A stretch of 64,000 nucleotides of DNA, from assembly GCA_951406725.2 (NCBI GenBank), contig OX597830.1, positions 73,780,001-73,844,000 of the forward strand. Reading direction: 5' to 3'. The stretch comes from Octopus vulgaris. Taxonomy: Eukaryota. The number at the start of each line of letters is the position of its first letter. Within the stretch, counting starts at the first letter, position 1. This document shows positions 1 through 12,410 of the stretch, piece by piece. The notes under the pieces are model-generated. The model was given only the letters and a program-made list of their open reading frames with translations, searched no databases and was not told the DNA's origin. The position numbers were made by a program, and so were the translations under genes.

Positions 1-312
1 TTGATGTTTATCTTAATTATGCAATCTCTTTCAAAACAGTAGCTACAAAATTACTAAGGCCATATCCCGCTACCTATAAACTTACAAACTGTATCAGAGC
101 TAGGTAAAGAGATATTATAAGAATTTTCTTTTGAAATTGGTATCATAGCAAAGAAAAAAAAATTATAAAGAAAAAAGATGCAGGATACTCGAGACAAAAA
201 ATGTAAATATACTTTAAGCAAGTTATCTGCTTCGGTTTTAAGGATATAATATATGTAGGATTCTCAATTACTCATTCGGTAACAAATGTACATCATTTCA
301 AATTGATAAACG

Positions 313-314
<2 letters not shown>

Positions 315-344
<30 letters not shown>

Positions 345-490
345 AAGAAGAAGAAGAAGAAGAAGAAGAAGAAGAAGAAGAAGAAGAAGAAGAAGAAGAA
401 GAAGAAGAAGAAGAAGAAGAAGGAGGAGGAGGTAGAGAAGAAGAAGCAGAAGAAGAAGAAGAAGAAGAAGAAGAAGAAGAGGAGGAAGAA

Positions 491-537
<47 letters not shown>

Positions 538-691
538 AGAAGACGATGAAAAGGAGACGATGATGAAGAAGAAGAAGAAGAAGAAGATGAAGAAAAAGAA
601 GAAGAAGAAGAAGAAGAAGAAGAAGAAGAAGAAGAAGAAGAAGAAGAAGAAGAAGAAGAAGAAGAAGAAGAAGAAGAAGAAGAAGAAGAAA
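315..691. repeat. (GAA)n trinucleotide array
   Basis: Long GAA run with few GAG/GAT interruptions; explains the poly-K/F/S/L ORFs. Confidence 0.98.
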
Positions 692-1009
692 CAAGTAGTT
701 ATGTCTTGCAGCAAAATGTTTTTGAGTGAAATGTAAGTTTGTATTAGAGCTATAGTATGTTTGGTTAATGTCTCCGTGAATTTGCCCTTAAAGAGGAGAG
801 AATCTGTTATCGGTTTGAAAGAAGATGAAGAACTTGCATATTTAATTTTTAATTTTAAAACGTCCCAATTCTAATTTTTTTTTTAAATACAAAATAAAAG
901 TAAGTTCCTAATTAATTTTTTTTTTTCTCGTTGGTAGTTGGGTAAAGTACTATTTCGGAAACATCATAAAAATAAGGAGACGTAACATATATTAGATCCG
1001 GAAATATTA

Positions 1010-1150
1010 TTCTTTCCTACTCTGGGCACAAGGCCCGAAATATTTGGAGAAGGAGCCAGTCGATTAGATCGACCCTAGTACGCAACTGGTACTTAATTCA
1101 TCGCCACCATCCCCCCCAAAGGATGAAAGCCAAAGTCGACCTCGGCGGAG
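1010..1150 (-). mobile_element. SINE family B, 3' fragment
   Basis: Matches the recurring ...actggtacttaatt...aaaggatgaaaggcaaagtcgacctcggcgg consensus seen many times in the window. Confidence 0.8.
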
Positions 1151-1387
1151 ATCCGGAACTGTTATTTGAAAGGGTATGGATATAAGATAACGTTTAAAGT
1201 ATGTGCGTTGGTGTATGTGTGGTTGTATGTGATTGTATGTAACTAAAAGCCTGCTTATCGTATGTGTGTGTGTGTGTATGTGTGTGTATGTGTGTGTGTG
1301 AGTGTGTGTGTGTCAATTATTTTGTGTGTGTATATGTGTGTATGAGTGTGTTTGCGTGTGTGTGTCAATTATTTTGTGTGTGTGTGT

Positions 1388-1428
<41 letters not shown>

Positions 1429-2211
1429 TGTTTTATGTGTTCTTATAAGATGTCTGAATAAGCATTAAATTCAGGAACAAAATTGGTTTCTTTTAAAGAA
1501 ACACATCAAATATAAACACAAGTACAAATGAAAAAACAAACACAAAAAATACAAGAGCTACCACGACGACGACGACACCTACTACAACAACAACAACAAT
1601 AGCAGCAGCGGTGGCGGCGGCGATAGCAGCAGCAGCAGCAGCAACAGAGAGGACGACTACCAAAAATCAGGAGCAGGGGTTGTTAAGCGGATGGAAACCA
1701 AGGTGAGGTGATGAAACTCTACATCAACGAATTACGTTCTGAGAGAAGTGTCAAATGGTGGAAAGGGTTGGATTTGCCAATTAAACGGATGTGTGTGTGT
1801 ATGTGCATGTATGTATGTGTGCAAGTGTGTTTGTATGCGTGTGTGTGTGTGAGCAAATGTTTGTGCGTGTTTGTATGTGTGTGTGTGTGCAAATGTGTAT
1901 GTGTGTGTGTGTCTTATGGACATTGACGTGTTTCGGGTGGAGAGTTAAAGAAGAAATTGGGATGGATGCGTATTACTGACGGTTTAGGTATTGGTGTTGC
2001 CGTTTGTTGGTTCTGATGACAATGTCGATGACGACGATGACGATAATGATGACGACGAAGACAACGACATCGACGACGACGACGTCGACGATGACAACGA
2101 CGGTGAAGATGAAGAAGCTGCTACTCCAGTCACGAGCGTGCTATAGTTAGAACGAAGCCGGAAAAGGGAAAGAAGAGATAAAAAAAAAACTAAGTTGTTT
2201 CCTCAATATCT

Positions 2212-2565
2212 CTCTTTTCTCTTTTACTTGTTTCACTCATTTGACTGCGGCCATGCTGGAGCACCGCCTTTAGTCAAACAAATCGACCCCAGGACTTATT
2301 CTTTGGAAGTCTAGTACTTATTCTATCGGTTTATTTTGCCGAACTGCTAAGTTACGGGAACGTAAACACACCAGTATCAGTTGTAAAGCGATGTTGGTGG
2401 GACAACACACACACATACACAAACACACACACACACACACACACATATACATATACATAGATACGACGGGCTTCTTTCAGTTTTCGTCCAAATCCACTCA
2501 CAAGGCTTTGGTTGGCCCGAGGTTATAGTAGCAGACACTTGCCCAAGGTGCCACCCGGAACCATG
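2212..2565 (-). mobile_element. SINE family A, 5'-truncated
   Basis: Homologous to the full copies at 42446-42854 and 44821-45220 (cttttacttgtttc..catttgactgcggccatgctggagcaccgcc...). Confidence 0.9.
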
Positions 2566-2643
2566 CATATCTGTAGACAGGTACATTGATGTGTATGTGT
2601 GTGTGTGTTGTTTATGTATGTATGTATATATGTAAGTGTGCGA

Positions 2644-2940
2644 AGGCGCGTGGCTTAGTGGTTAGGGTGCTGGACTCACTATCGTAAGTTCGTTGTTTCG
2701 ATTGCTGGACCAGGCGATACGTTGTGTTCTCGAACAAAACACTGCATTTCACGTTGCCGCAGTCCACTCAGCTTTAGAAATGAGTGCCACTAATGGAGAC
2801 GCATCTGTTTCTTGGTTAGGGAGCTGGATTCACCACTGTAAGATTGTAGTTTCGATCCCTGGGTTGGGTGATCCGTTGTGTTCTTGGACAAAACACTTCA
2901 TTTCCCGTTGCTCCAGTTGACTCCCCTGTAGAAATGTGTT
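2644..2940 (+). mobile_element. Two tandem tRNA-headed SINE 5' fragments (family C/D-related)
   Basis: A-box-like tggcttagtgg, B-box-like gtttcgatt/gtttcgatcc, followed by caaaacac..atttc.cgttgc.cagt..actc; repeated twice. Confidence 0.7.
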
Positions 2941-3500
2941 TAGCCTATAGAGGGATCGGCTCCACCAGGCTTTCTCGCCCAATATACGCTGTGTAGCTGC
3001 AGTGCCTCAACAACACCCAAGGGTTAAAGCTCTTGCCCATATATGTATTTCAGGTAGTTTGTGATTCACTAAATGACACGCTGAAAATAATTATTAATTA
3101 ATTAATTGAAAATTGAAATAGTCCTTTCAATTAAAGAACAAAATCTTCATGTAGTAATTATTCGCCATTTTCGGAAGAATGGCAGACATTTCCCGAAACT
3201 GAAAACTATTAATTTCACTAAATTTATATTAATATCGAGTTTTGTAGAAGGGAAGAAATTAAGAATATTTGTTACCAGGCAAAGAGACTAGTACAATGGT
3301 ACAGATATGTTAGTCTTCATCAGAGAGGTACACATACTTCAGTGTGTTCACTCACACATGCATACTTGCTCAAACAATAACACACAGACACACACACTCA
3401 CACACACGCACTCACACACATACACATCATCCCACACCACACCACACCACACGAAACACGCATATACCTGAATACATATATATATCGTCGTTGTCGTCAC

Positions 3501-3860
3501 GGCACTCCGTCGGTTATAACGACGAGAGTTCCAGTTGATCCAATCAACGCAAAAGCTTGCTCGTGAAATCAACGTGTAAATGGTTGAGCACTCCGCAGAC
3601 ACGTGTACCATTAACATTATTCTCGGGGAGATTCAGCGTGATACAGAGTGTGACAAGAATGGCCCTGTGAAATACATGTACAACAGAGACAGGAAGAAGG
3701 AGTGAGAGAAAATGGTGGTGAAAGAGTACAGCAGGGTTTGCCACTACCCCCTGCCCAAGCCTCGTAGAGCTTAAGGTATTTTTGCTCACACTCACAAGGC
3801 CCGGTCTGGGAATTGAAACCGCGAGTCCGATGCCCAAACCACTGGGCCATTGCACCTCCA
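3501..3860 (-). mobile_element. SINE family C, near full length
   Basis: Reverse complement aligns end to end with 62805-63194 (head ggaggtgcaatggcccagtgg, tail cgtcgt..taaccgacggagtgcc). Confidence 0.9.
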
Positions 3861-4639
3861 AAGTCATAGATGTACGTATACATATAAGCGTATAGATTTG
3901 CATATTCATGTATGAAAGTACATACATACATACACACATACATACATACATACATGCATACACACACATATATATAAATATATATATATATATGCATATG
4001 TATACTTATATATACGCATATACATATTCATATATATACCCATATATGCTTACATATATATATATATACATACCTATATATATTTTTTTTTTATACATAT
4101 ACACACGCATATATATGTGCCTGTATGTATGTGTATTTGTGTGTCGGTTAATTTTACACAGAAATAGATGTGTCACATATCTGGAAAGCAGATATATATC
4201 AGTGCACTCTCAACAGCTGTCCCTGAATCGTGATGAAAGATACGTGGTTAAGGAAACATATGCAAATCGTCCATCGCGATTATAAAAAGATGAAAAAAGC
4301 CCTGAAAAGTACGTGTATGGTCTGACTTTTCATATATCTTACATTAGGAAATTAAAGGTAAATAACAAAATAGATAACCCCCCAACCTAGTTATTTCCTC
4401 CCATGAAGTGAGTAATTTGGAATTATGTACTCTTATGAGGAGAAAAATATACAAATTTGACATGAGATATGGAACATACAACCCCATATTTATTTGTGTA
4501 TGCAAGTATATATGTATGCATGGTTTCTATCTATCTGTCTATCTACCTATCTCTCTATCGGTCGCGTTCTTTCTCTGTATAAATATTTATGTGTATATGA
4601 ATATATGTGTGTATATACATACATGCGTCTGGGTGTGCG

Positions 4640-4703
<64 letters not shown>

Positions 4704-4874
4704 TACATATATATATATATGCGTATAAGGAGGGATGATCACTAAGTGGACATTCAATATGCGTGAAGATCACCTACGATCTAACCACAAAGAAAAGAAT
4801 GTTCTCTAGAGAAATTCAGCAAACACCAGAACATAAGCAGGTAAGACAGATGAAAATATACAAAATAAAGAATT

Positions 4875-4944
4875 AATCATAGACCGATTTCGTCATTAAC
4901 GATTTTACTTACGTAACACCGTCCGTGGACTCTTCAGTACAATC
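4875..4944 (-). ncRNA. Type I hammerhead ribozyme with extended stem II
   Basis: Minus strand: GAUUGUA-CUGAAGA-GUC..GACGGU.UUAC(GUAA)GUAA.AUCGUU..GAC-GAAA-UCGG-UC/UAUGAUU. Intact core, 7-bp stem I (with G-U pairs), GNRA-capped stem II, self-complementary AUCGGU stem III. Confidence 0.8.
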
Positions 4945-5010
4945 GTTGTAATTCAATATAAATTGTAGAACTATATACGGGTTGTCCTCATAAAATTAGA
5001 TGTGTGTACA

Positions 5011-5055
5011 GTTCTACCGATTACATTGGGGTTCTACCAATGTAATCGGTAGAAC
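5011..5055. repeat. Perfect 19-bp inverted repeat with 7-nt loop
   Basis: gttctaccgattacattgg-ggttcta-ccaatgtaatcggtagaac. Confidence 0.95.
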
Positions 5056-5097
5056 ATCTATATTTTTTTAACAAAATTTTCAATTTTCGAGATTTAT

Positions 5098-5205
5098 TTC
5101 ATCTGAAGAAGACGTTTGTTTTTTCGTTTTTTTGTTAATGATGTACTCGGTGTATTCGTCAATACAAAAAAGAAGAAAAAACAAGTCTGAAACAGGTGTA
5201 ACGTA
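5098..5205 (+). ncRNA. Type I hammerhead-like motif with ~80-nt stem II, weak stem I
   Basis: CUGAAGA(5103)-AGAC..long U-rich/A-rich hairpin..GUCU-GAAA(5189)-CAGGUG-UA(5200). Stems II and III pair; stem I has only 3 of 5 pairs. Confidence 0.65.
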
Positions 5206-5545
5206 CTTCAATTCATTTGTCTACTTTATGTAAACACCACACCTAGAACTTTCCCTGCATTGGATCTGGAATTCAAAGTGGATCGGGCAACTGCTTGCCG
5301 GCTTGCGAATGTATATTTTTCTGATACGTACATACATACCTATATACATACATAATTTTTCCGCCTTGTAAATGTAATTTACCCATTATTTTTGCTATTC
5401 TAACGACAATAATGGGTTCGAAAAATATCACCCACACGCATACAGACACACACACACGCATATACACACATACGCACGCGCATATACACAGGCACGCACA
5501 TACACACACACAGAGTTGCTGACACACACATAGATGCTTACATAT

Positions 5546-5584
<39 letters not shown>

Positions 5585-6214
5585 CACTTATACATACGCA
5601 CGCACATACGCACCCGCACACAGATACTCACACAAGCACACACATACATATATACACATACACACTCACGCACACACACGCGCATGCACACACATGTATG
5701 TGTGTATATGTGTATAAAACACCTGTATGGCAGAGCGGAAACTATAAATTGGGATTTACGAAGGACTTAAACTGTAAAAGTGTCATCTACGTGTGTCAGA
5801 ACATCTATGATACATGATGTGGGGATTAAGTGTTCGTGTATATATGTGTGCGTGTGGATTTGTGACAGAGTGCATGTTTGCGTATGAGTATGTGTATGAT
5901 AGGGTTCTAGCTCATTATGTTTTTGTTGCTTAGCTCCAGGTCAACTCTGACCGAGCAGTCCTGTGATCAAAGGCGTTTAAGCCGTGACCATTCAGTTGAA
6001 TTTCGGATAAGAGGAGGCGACAGGGTGTATTTAGTTGTACATTATATAAAGCATTAATATTATGACTCCTTTTTCTTGTAAGACAATAAGATATGGGGAG
6101 GGAAGAACAATTGGGTCTTATTTCTAGCAGGAAATGCGACCATGTAGAAGCTCTCCCGCATCTCATAATATATATGTATGTATCTATGTATTAAATAACG
6201 CGTATATGTGTGTA

Positions 6215-6256
<42 letters not shown>

Positions 6257-6287
6257 TACCACATACACATAAGTGTATTTATATATG

Positions 6288-6322
<35 letters not shown>

Positions 6323-6416
6323 GTATGTAAATATATATATATATATATATATATACTTACATAGATATATGTATATATATATATACACCCATATATATAC
6401 ATATATAGATATATAT

Positions 6417-6448
<32 letters not shown>

Positions 6449-7219
6449 GTATGTATATGTATACATATGTGTATATACATATATACATACAAACATGCAT
6501 ACATACATACATACATACATACATACATACATACATACATACATACATACATACCTACATACATACTCACACACATATATGTCAGCCAGATATAAACCTT
6601 CAGAAGCATAGAATATATAACAAAAAGAGAAAATTTGAAAAAATGCACAATAGAGAGGATCCTTGTACATAAATACTACAGGAGGAACAGAAAACACGGG
6701 AAAGATAAACGGGGGAATGAGAGAGCGAGAGAGAGAGAGATGCGATGAGAGAGTAAGGGACAGAAAGGAAGAAGATGACAGAGAGTGAAAACAAGAGAGG
6801 AATGGTGAAATAAAAAAAAAATGATACGAATGGTAATATAATGTGAGATAGAAGACCTGGGAAAAGAACAATTATAAAAGGTGATTATAATGGCTGATTT
6901 GGTATAAATACAAAAGAAAAAACGTAGTGAGTGAGGAGAGGCAGTGAGAGAGGAGAGCAGACAGAGAAGGAGGGAGAGCTATAGAGGAGAAAAGAGTATA
7001 AAGCAATGAGTAAGAGTGAGTGAGAGTGAGTGATTCGAGTGATTAAGCAGAAGTTGAACACATTGACGTTAGATTCAGTAATAGGGTCGGATTAAGTAGA
7101 TTTATGATGTGTCTTTTGTCAAGTGGGTTATTTATGATAATCTTTAGCGGCATTATTTACATGGACATTATAAGAGAAGTGGGGAAAAAAGGGCTGCATA
7201 ATATATATATAGATATATG

Positions 7220-7346
<127 letters not shown>

Positions 7347-8173
7347 ATATATCTTACACAGACATATACTAATACACGCACCCTATCTACACACACACAC
7401 ACGCACATAAGTATGTATATGTGTGTAAATAGCAAACCGCGCTTAAATAAATGTATGTATGCAGGTAGGTATGGCATGTATGTATACATACGTACAAGCA
7501 TGCATACTTACCTATATATACATATATATGTATATACATATACATATACATATATATATATAGGTATATATATGTGCATATATATATATATATATGTGTG
7601 CATATATATATGTGCACATATATACATGCATACATACCTCATATATAAATATATACATCATACTGCATTGTATTATTGACGTTTTTTTTTTCTTTATATA
7701 CAGCTTCCATAGAGGACATTCTGTTCCTCATTTCTCCGGCTACTTCATTGGGCCTTGAATTATGTATTGGTCCTTCAATTTATTTTGGCCGAGTGGTGAA
7801 GAAATTCGCTGCGCAAGCAGAAAATCCGGCGATCATTATTAGTTTAGAGTATATTGGATAAGTCTTTACTTTACAATAGTTTCCAGTCCACTCCAGCATT
7901 GTGAATGAAATTGTGTACAGGGAAACAGAAAAAAACCATTTGAATAGATTTCACCAACATTTCAAAGGTACAGTCGTGTCAAACACTGTTTTAGTGTAAA
8001 GTAATCTAAGAATTATGCTATGAGCACACGTGTTCTCGGAATACTCGATCAGTTATCCGTCAATTCAATAAGTGCAGTAGTTCATTTGTTAGAACAATTA
8101 ATAACTCATTGTCGAAAGTGATTGACATCAATTTTCTAACCATGTAATAAATCTATCTATCTATCTATCTATG

Positions 8174-8441
<268 letters not shown>

Positions 8442-8730
8442 CAAATGATAGAGGCTGAAAATGGAGTACACAGGAAACACTATTGCTCGCAACGATCGTT
8501 TCGACACATTCTCCCTCGAGACCTCGCAGGTGGGAAACTGTACAACTAGTTATATACTTCCCCGCGTATACCATTTTCCGCCTCTATCCTTTGTTTTATG
8601 CACTGAGGAATTCATGGTGTACATGCAACAACAATATGTAATTACCGTGAGTGATGTCAAGTAGCCAAAGGTAGTGAACGCACTTTAACGGCGCGCTACT
8701 AAACACGTACACAACACTTAAATATTAACA

Positions 8731-9802
8731 TGTATATGTAAAAAAAATACAAACTGGGACAAGAACGCAAAACATTTAGAAGACGATACAAAAAGCACGG
8801 ACAGGACATTCGAAGCCTTCAATCATCAGTCAAGAACCGGATCATCCTTGCAATTTCGGCTGATTAATCTTGAGATTGCTCCGATCTGGCCAACCCCAAA
8901 GGAAAATCTAAGCCAAGCGCATTAGATTCCTTGGAAGAAAGCCTCGAATGTATACAAAACAAGGACGGAAAACGGACGGTGTTACACGAGTAAAAAAACA
9001 AAAATACGTAAAAACAATAATGATAACACGAATAAGAATACAAAAATTCGTAAAAACAATAATGATAACACGAATAAGAATACAAAAATACGTAAAAACA
9101 ATAATGATAATAATAATAACAAAAACAGGACGTCACAGACAGGCGTCTTTTCGACAGGACGAGTAAACTTTGAGCTGGCGTGTTAGAAAAATGCCTTAGG
9201 GCAGAGAGAGAAAATAATGTGTCTTGCTGCGACGACTGCTAACCACGAAAGGCCGGCAATCGGTCAGTTAGTCAGTGTGAGGAGAAGAGAGACGAAAAGA
9301 GGGACAGATGAAGAGAGAAAAAAGGGGAACAAGGAACAAAGGAGGAGGAGAAGAGAGAGAGAGAGAGAGAAAGAGAAAGAGACAGATCAAAGTGGAGTGC
9401 AAAATGTGAAAGGCAGAGAAATGTAGGAGAGGGGGGAGAAAGACTGTGTTATAGAATCGTACCAAGTTTAAAGAAATATGTACTTACATATAAGCCAAAA
9501 GGGTGTTATCATTATTGTTTTTATGTATTTTTGTATTCTTATTCGTGTAACATCGTCCGTTTTTCCGTCCTTGTTTTGTATACATTCGAGGCTTTCTTCC
9601 AAGGAGTTTAATGCGCATGGCTTAGATTTTCCTTTGGGGCTGGCCAGATCGGAGCAATCGCAAGATTAATCAGCCGAAATTGCAAGGATGATCCGGTTCT
9701 TGACTGAAGATTGAAGGCTTCGAATGTCCCGTCAGTGTTTTTTGTATCGTCTTCTAAATGTTTTGCGTTCTTGTCCTAGTTTGTATTTTTTTTACATATA
9801 CA
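8731..9802. mobile_element. Element with ~300-bp inverted arms (8731-9029 / 9503-9802), Penelope-like pLTR candidate
   Basis: The arms are highly similar reverse complements (same peptide appears in the opposite-strand ORFs 8864-9136 and 9478-9669). Contains a CUGANGA motif and a 42-bp tandem repeat. Confidence 0.7.
8984..9110 (+). repeat. 42-bp tandem repeat, 3 copies
   Basis: Unit acacgaataagaatacaaaaatacgtaaaaacaataatgata; seen as a 14-aa repeat in ORF 8948-9166. Confidence 0.9.
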
Positions 9803-9844
9803 TATATATATATAGCGGCACCCGTACCCTTTTGGTCTTATATG

Positions 9845-9892
<48 letters not shown>

Positions 9893-9946
9893 CAAAGCGA
9901 AAATAAAAATAAGAATAAAAACAAAAATCAAAAAGACGTACACAGT

Positions 9947-10185
9947 GAATGTATTAGGTTGACGTTCAGTTAAAGAGAAGAAAAAAGAGAGCGAGGTTGA
10001 CGTTTCGAACATGGCTCTTCATCAGAAAGAGGAAAGAGGAAAACGTCCATAGAGAGGGGAAATAGTCCAAGGAAAGCAAACGTGAGGTTACGTGGCTGAA
10101 GTGACCGGAAATGGAGAGAGATAGAGAAAGTTGTTTTTGAAGTCAACAGAGTGCGAACGTGGCGAGTGTGTGTGTATTTGTGTAT
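9947..10185 (-). mobile_element. Hammerhead-bearing repeat (Penelope pLTR-like); inverted relative to 12620-12863
   Basis: About 240 bp closely homologous to the reverse complement of 12620-12863. Confidence 0.8.
9997..10029 (-). ncRNA. Minimal type I hammerhead motif
   Basis: CUUU-CUGAUGA-A-GAGC(CAU)GUUC-GAAA-C-GUC-AA; palindromic ACGU stem III, only 2-bp stem I. Confidence 0.6.
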
Positions 10186-10695
10186 GTGTGTGTATGTGTG
10201 TACGCGTGTGTGTGTGTGCATGTGTGTTAGTGCGTATATCTATATGAATTGAGAGAAAGAAAGTGAGAGAGAAATGTTGGTGTTAATTACGAATATATAA
10301 AGAATTAAGGTCGTGTTATGATTTAAGGGAGGGTGAGAGAGGTGGGGATGAACTAAAAGAATGAGGGCTGATGAGTATCGATGTATGTTTTATGAGTAGG
10401 GTGTGTTCTTGATTGTGCGTAGGTGTGTGCGCGCGCACAATATGTGTATAGTTGTATGCATTGTGTGTCGTGTGTATTTTGCGCGCGCGTATGTGTGTGT
10501 GTATGTGTGTGTGTGTGTATGTGTGTGTGTGTGTAGGAGATTAGGAACTTCAACCGGAAATGAAATGCTTGATAGTCGTTTCAGTAATGAGGTCGGTTGG
10601 ATTAAACAGATTTATGATCTGTCTTTTGTGACGTACCTTATTTCAGATAATCTCTAGTGTTATCAGAAAAACGAGGGGGAAAAAGAAAGTGGGAA

Positions 10696-10731
<36 letters not shown>

Positions 10732-11754
10732 GGAGAGGGAGAGAGAAAATATTTGGATAGAACGAAAGATAGTGAGAGAGATTATAGAATTAGTGGAAGC
10801 GAAAGAAAGAATGAAAGTGAAATAAATAGACTGAGTGACTGGGAGAGATGGTTAGAGAGAAAATGAGTGACAGAGAGGCAGTGTTACGGAGTGACATGAG
10901 AAAAAGAAAGAGAGAGAGAGAAAGAGAGAGAGGATTGAAGAGAAGGAAAGATAGTGAGAGAGATTATAAAAATAGCTGAAGAGAGAGAAAGAGTGAAAGT
11001 GTGATAAAGAGGGTGAATGACTGAGAGAGATCGTCAGACAGAATAAGAGAGAGACAGCAACTGTGTACTGGAGTGATATACAAGGAGAAAAAGTCAGCAA
11101 AAAGGAGAAAACAGAAGGAAAACAGAAGGAAAAATAACATTGCGATAACGAAAGTGAAGAATAGAGATTCATTTCTTTATTATCGTTTACTTTTTTCAGT
11201 CATTGAACAGCGGCCATGTTGGGACACTGCATTGAAAGGATTTAATTTTTTTAAAGTCTGGTATTATTTATTCTACCTGTTCGTGTAAGGAAATGGTTCT
11301 CAAGTGGTGGTGTGGGAGACAAAATGAAGATACGCACACACATATATATATGAATATATACATACATTCATATTCGTGTGTGTGTGTATAGATCACTACT
11401 TGAAAATAGAATGAACGACATTCATTTATCGTTAATTCCATTTTCTATTAGATTTGTGCATCCAGTAACAGGAACATTTCCACTGGATGATGACATCAGA
11501 TGGCCAATCACTGCAGACGAGCTTTCTTTAGCATTCTATAAGGATTTTACCGCAATCTTGTTTAATGTGTGAGTGTGCGCGTTGGTGTGGGTGGGTTGTG
11601 CGTCTGTCTGTCTGTGCGTGCGTGCGTGCGTTCCTGCGTGCGTGTATGTACCTTTGCAACGGACCTTCACTCAATTTCTGTCTGCCACATTCATTCATAA
11701 GACATTGGACATTCCGGAGATATATAGAAGATATTCGCCTAATTTTCCGTGCAA

Positions 11755-11902
11755 TACCTATTTCTTTTACTACCGACAAGGGGCTAAATACAGAGAGGAC
11801 AATCAAGGACAGACAAACGGATTCAGTCGATTATATAGACCCCAGTGCGTAACACGTACGAAAGGATGAAAGGCAAAGTCGACCTCGGCGGAATTTGAAC
11901 TC
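11755..11902 (-). mobile_element. SINE family B fragment
   Basis: acctatttcttttactacc..caaggggctaaa...gtcgacctcggcggaatttgaactc. Confidence 0.85.
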
Positions 11903-12102
11903 TGTGTAATATCATTGAGCCTGAAACAGCGTGGTAGCATAAAGATCTTTCTCAGCACATGACCATTGGACACTATAAAAAAATATATAAGTAAATGTCA
12001 CGATGAAAGTAAAGCGAAAGACAGAAGAATGAAAATGAAAGAATGAATGAATGAATGAGTGGCATAATTTGCCAGTTACGTATCACATGTGATATATAGG
12101 GA

Positions 12103-12410
12103 AGGTACGTGGTTACCTGGTTAGAGTATTCTGCTCAGGATCCTAAGGCTGTGAGTTCGATTTCCGGCAGTGTTGTGTCTTTGAGCCTGACGCTTTGTTT
12201 CACGTTTCTCCGGTCCACCCAACTGGCATAAATGAGTGGTACCTGTAATTCAAATGGACAGCCTCGTCACGCTGAATCTCCCTGAGAACTACTCGCAGGG
12301 CACGCGTGTCAGTGGAGTACTCAACCACCTGCACGTTAATTCCATGAGCAGGTTGATTCCGTTGATCGGATCAACTGGAACCCTCGTCGTCGTAACCGAC
12401 GGAGTGCCAG
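12103..12410 (+). mobile_element. tRNA-headed SINE sharing its 3' half with family C
   Basis: B-box gagttcgatttc; tail gtcacgctgaatctccctgagaactac...cgtaaccgacggagtgcc. Confidence 0.8.

Noticed and set aside
1707-1742. TGATGA...CTGA resembling snoRNA C/D boxes
   Set aside because: Only ~35 nt long, with no terminal stem or recognisable guide.
3167-3206. tttt-CGGAAGA-atggcagacatttccc-GAAAC-tgaaaa, hammerhead-like
   Set aside because: Core U4 is changed, there is no proper NUH site and the stem II base does not pair; at most a dead relic.
3311-3325. Minus-strand CUGAUGAAGAC
   Set aside because: No matching GAAA or stem II downstream.
8485-8570. Minus-strand GUC-GAAA-CGAUCG-UU with an upstream long hairpin
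   Set aside because: Looks like the 3' half of a long-stem-II hammerhead, but no CUGANGA or stem II 5' strand is found.
9711-9733. GGCUUCGAAUGUCCC resembling the HDV-ribozyme J4/2 strand
   Set aside because: No P1/P2/P3 partners could be identified upstream.
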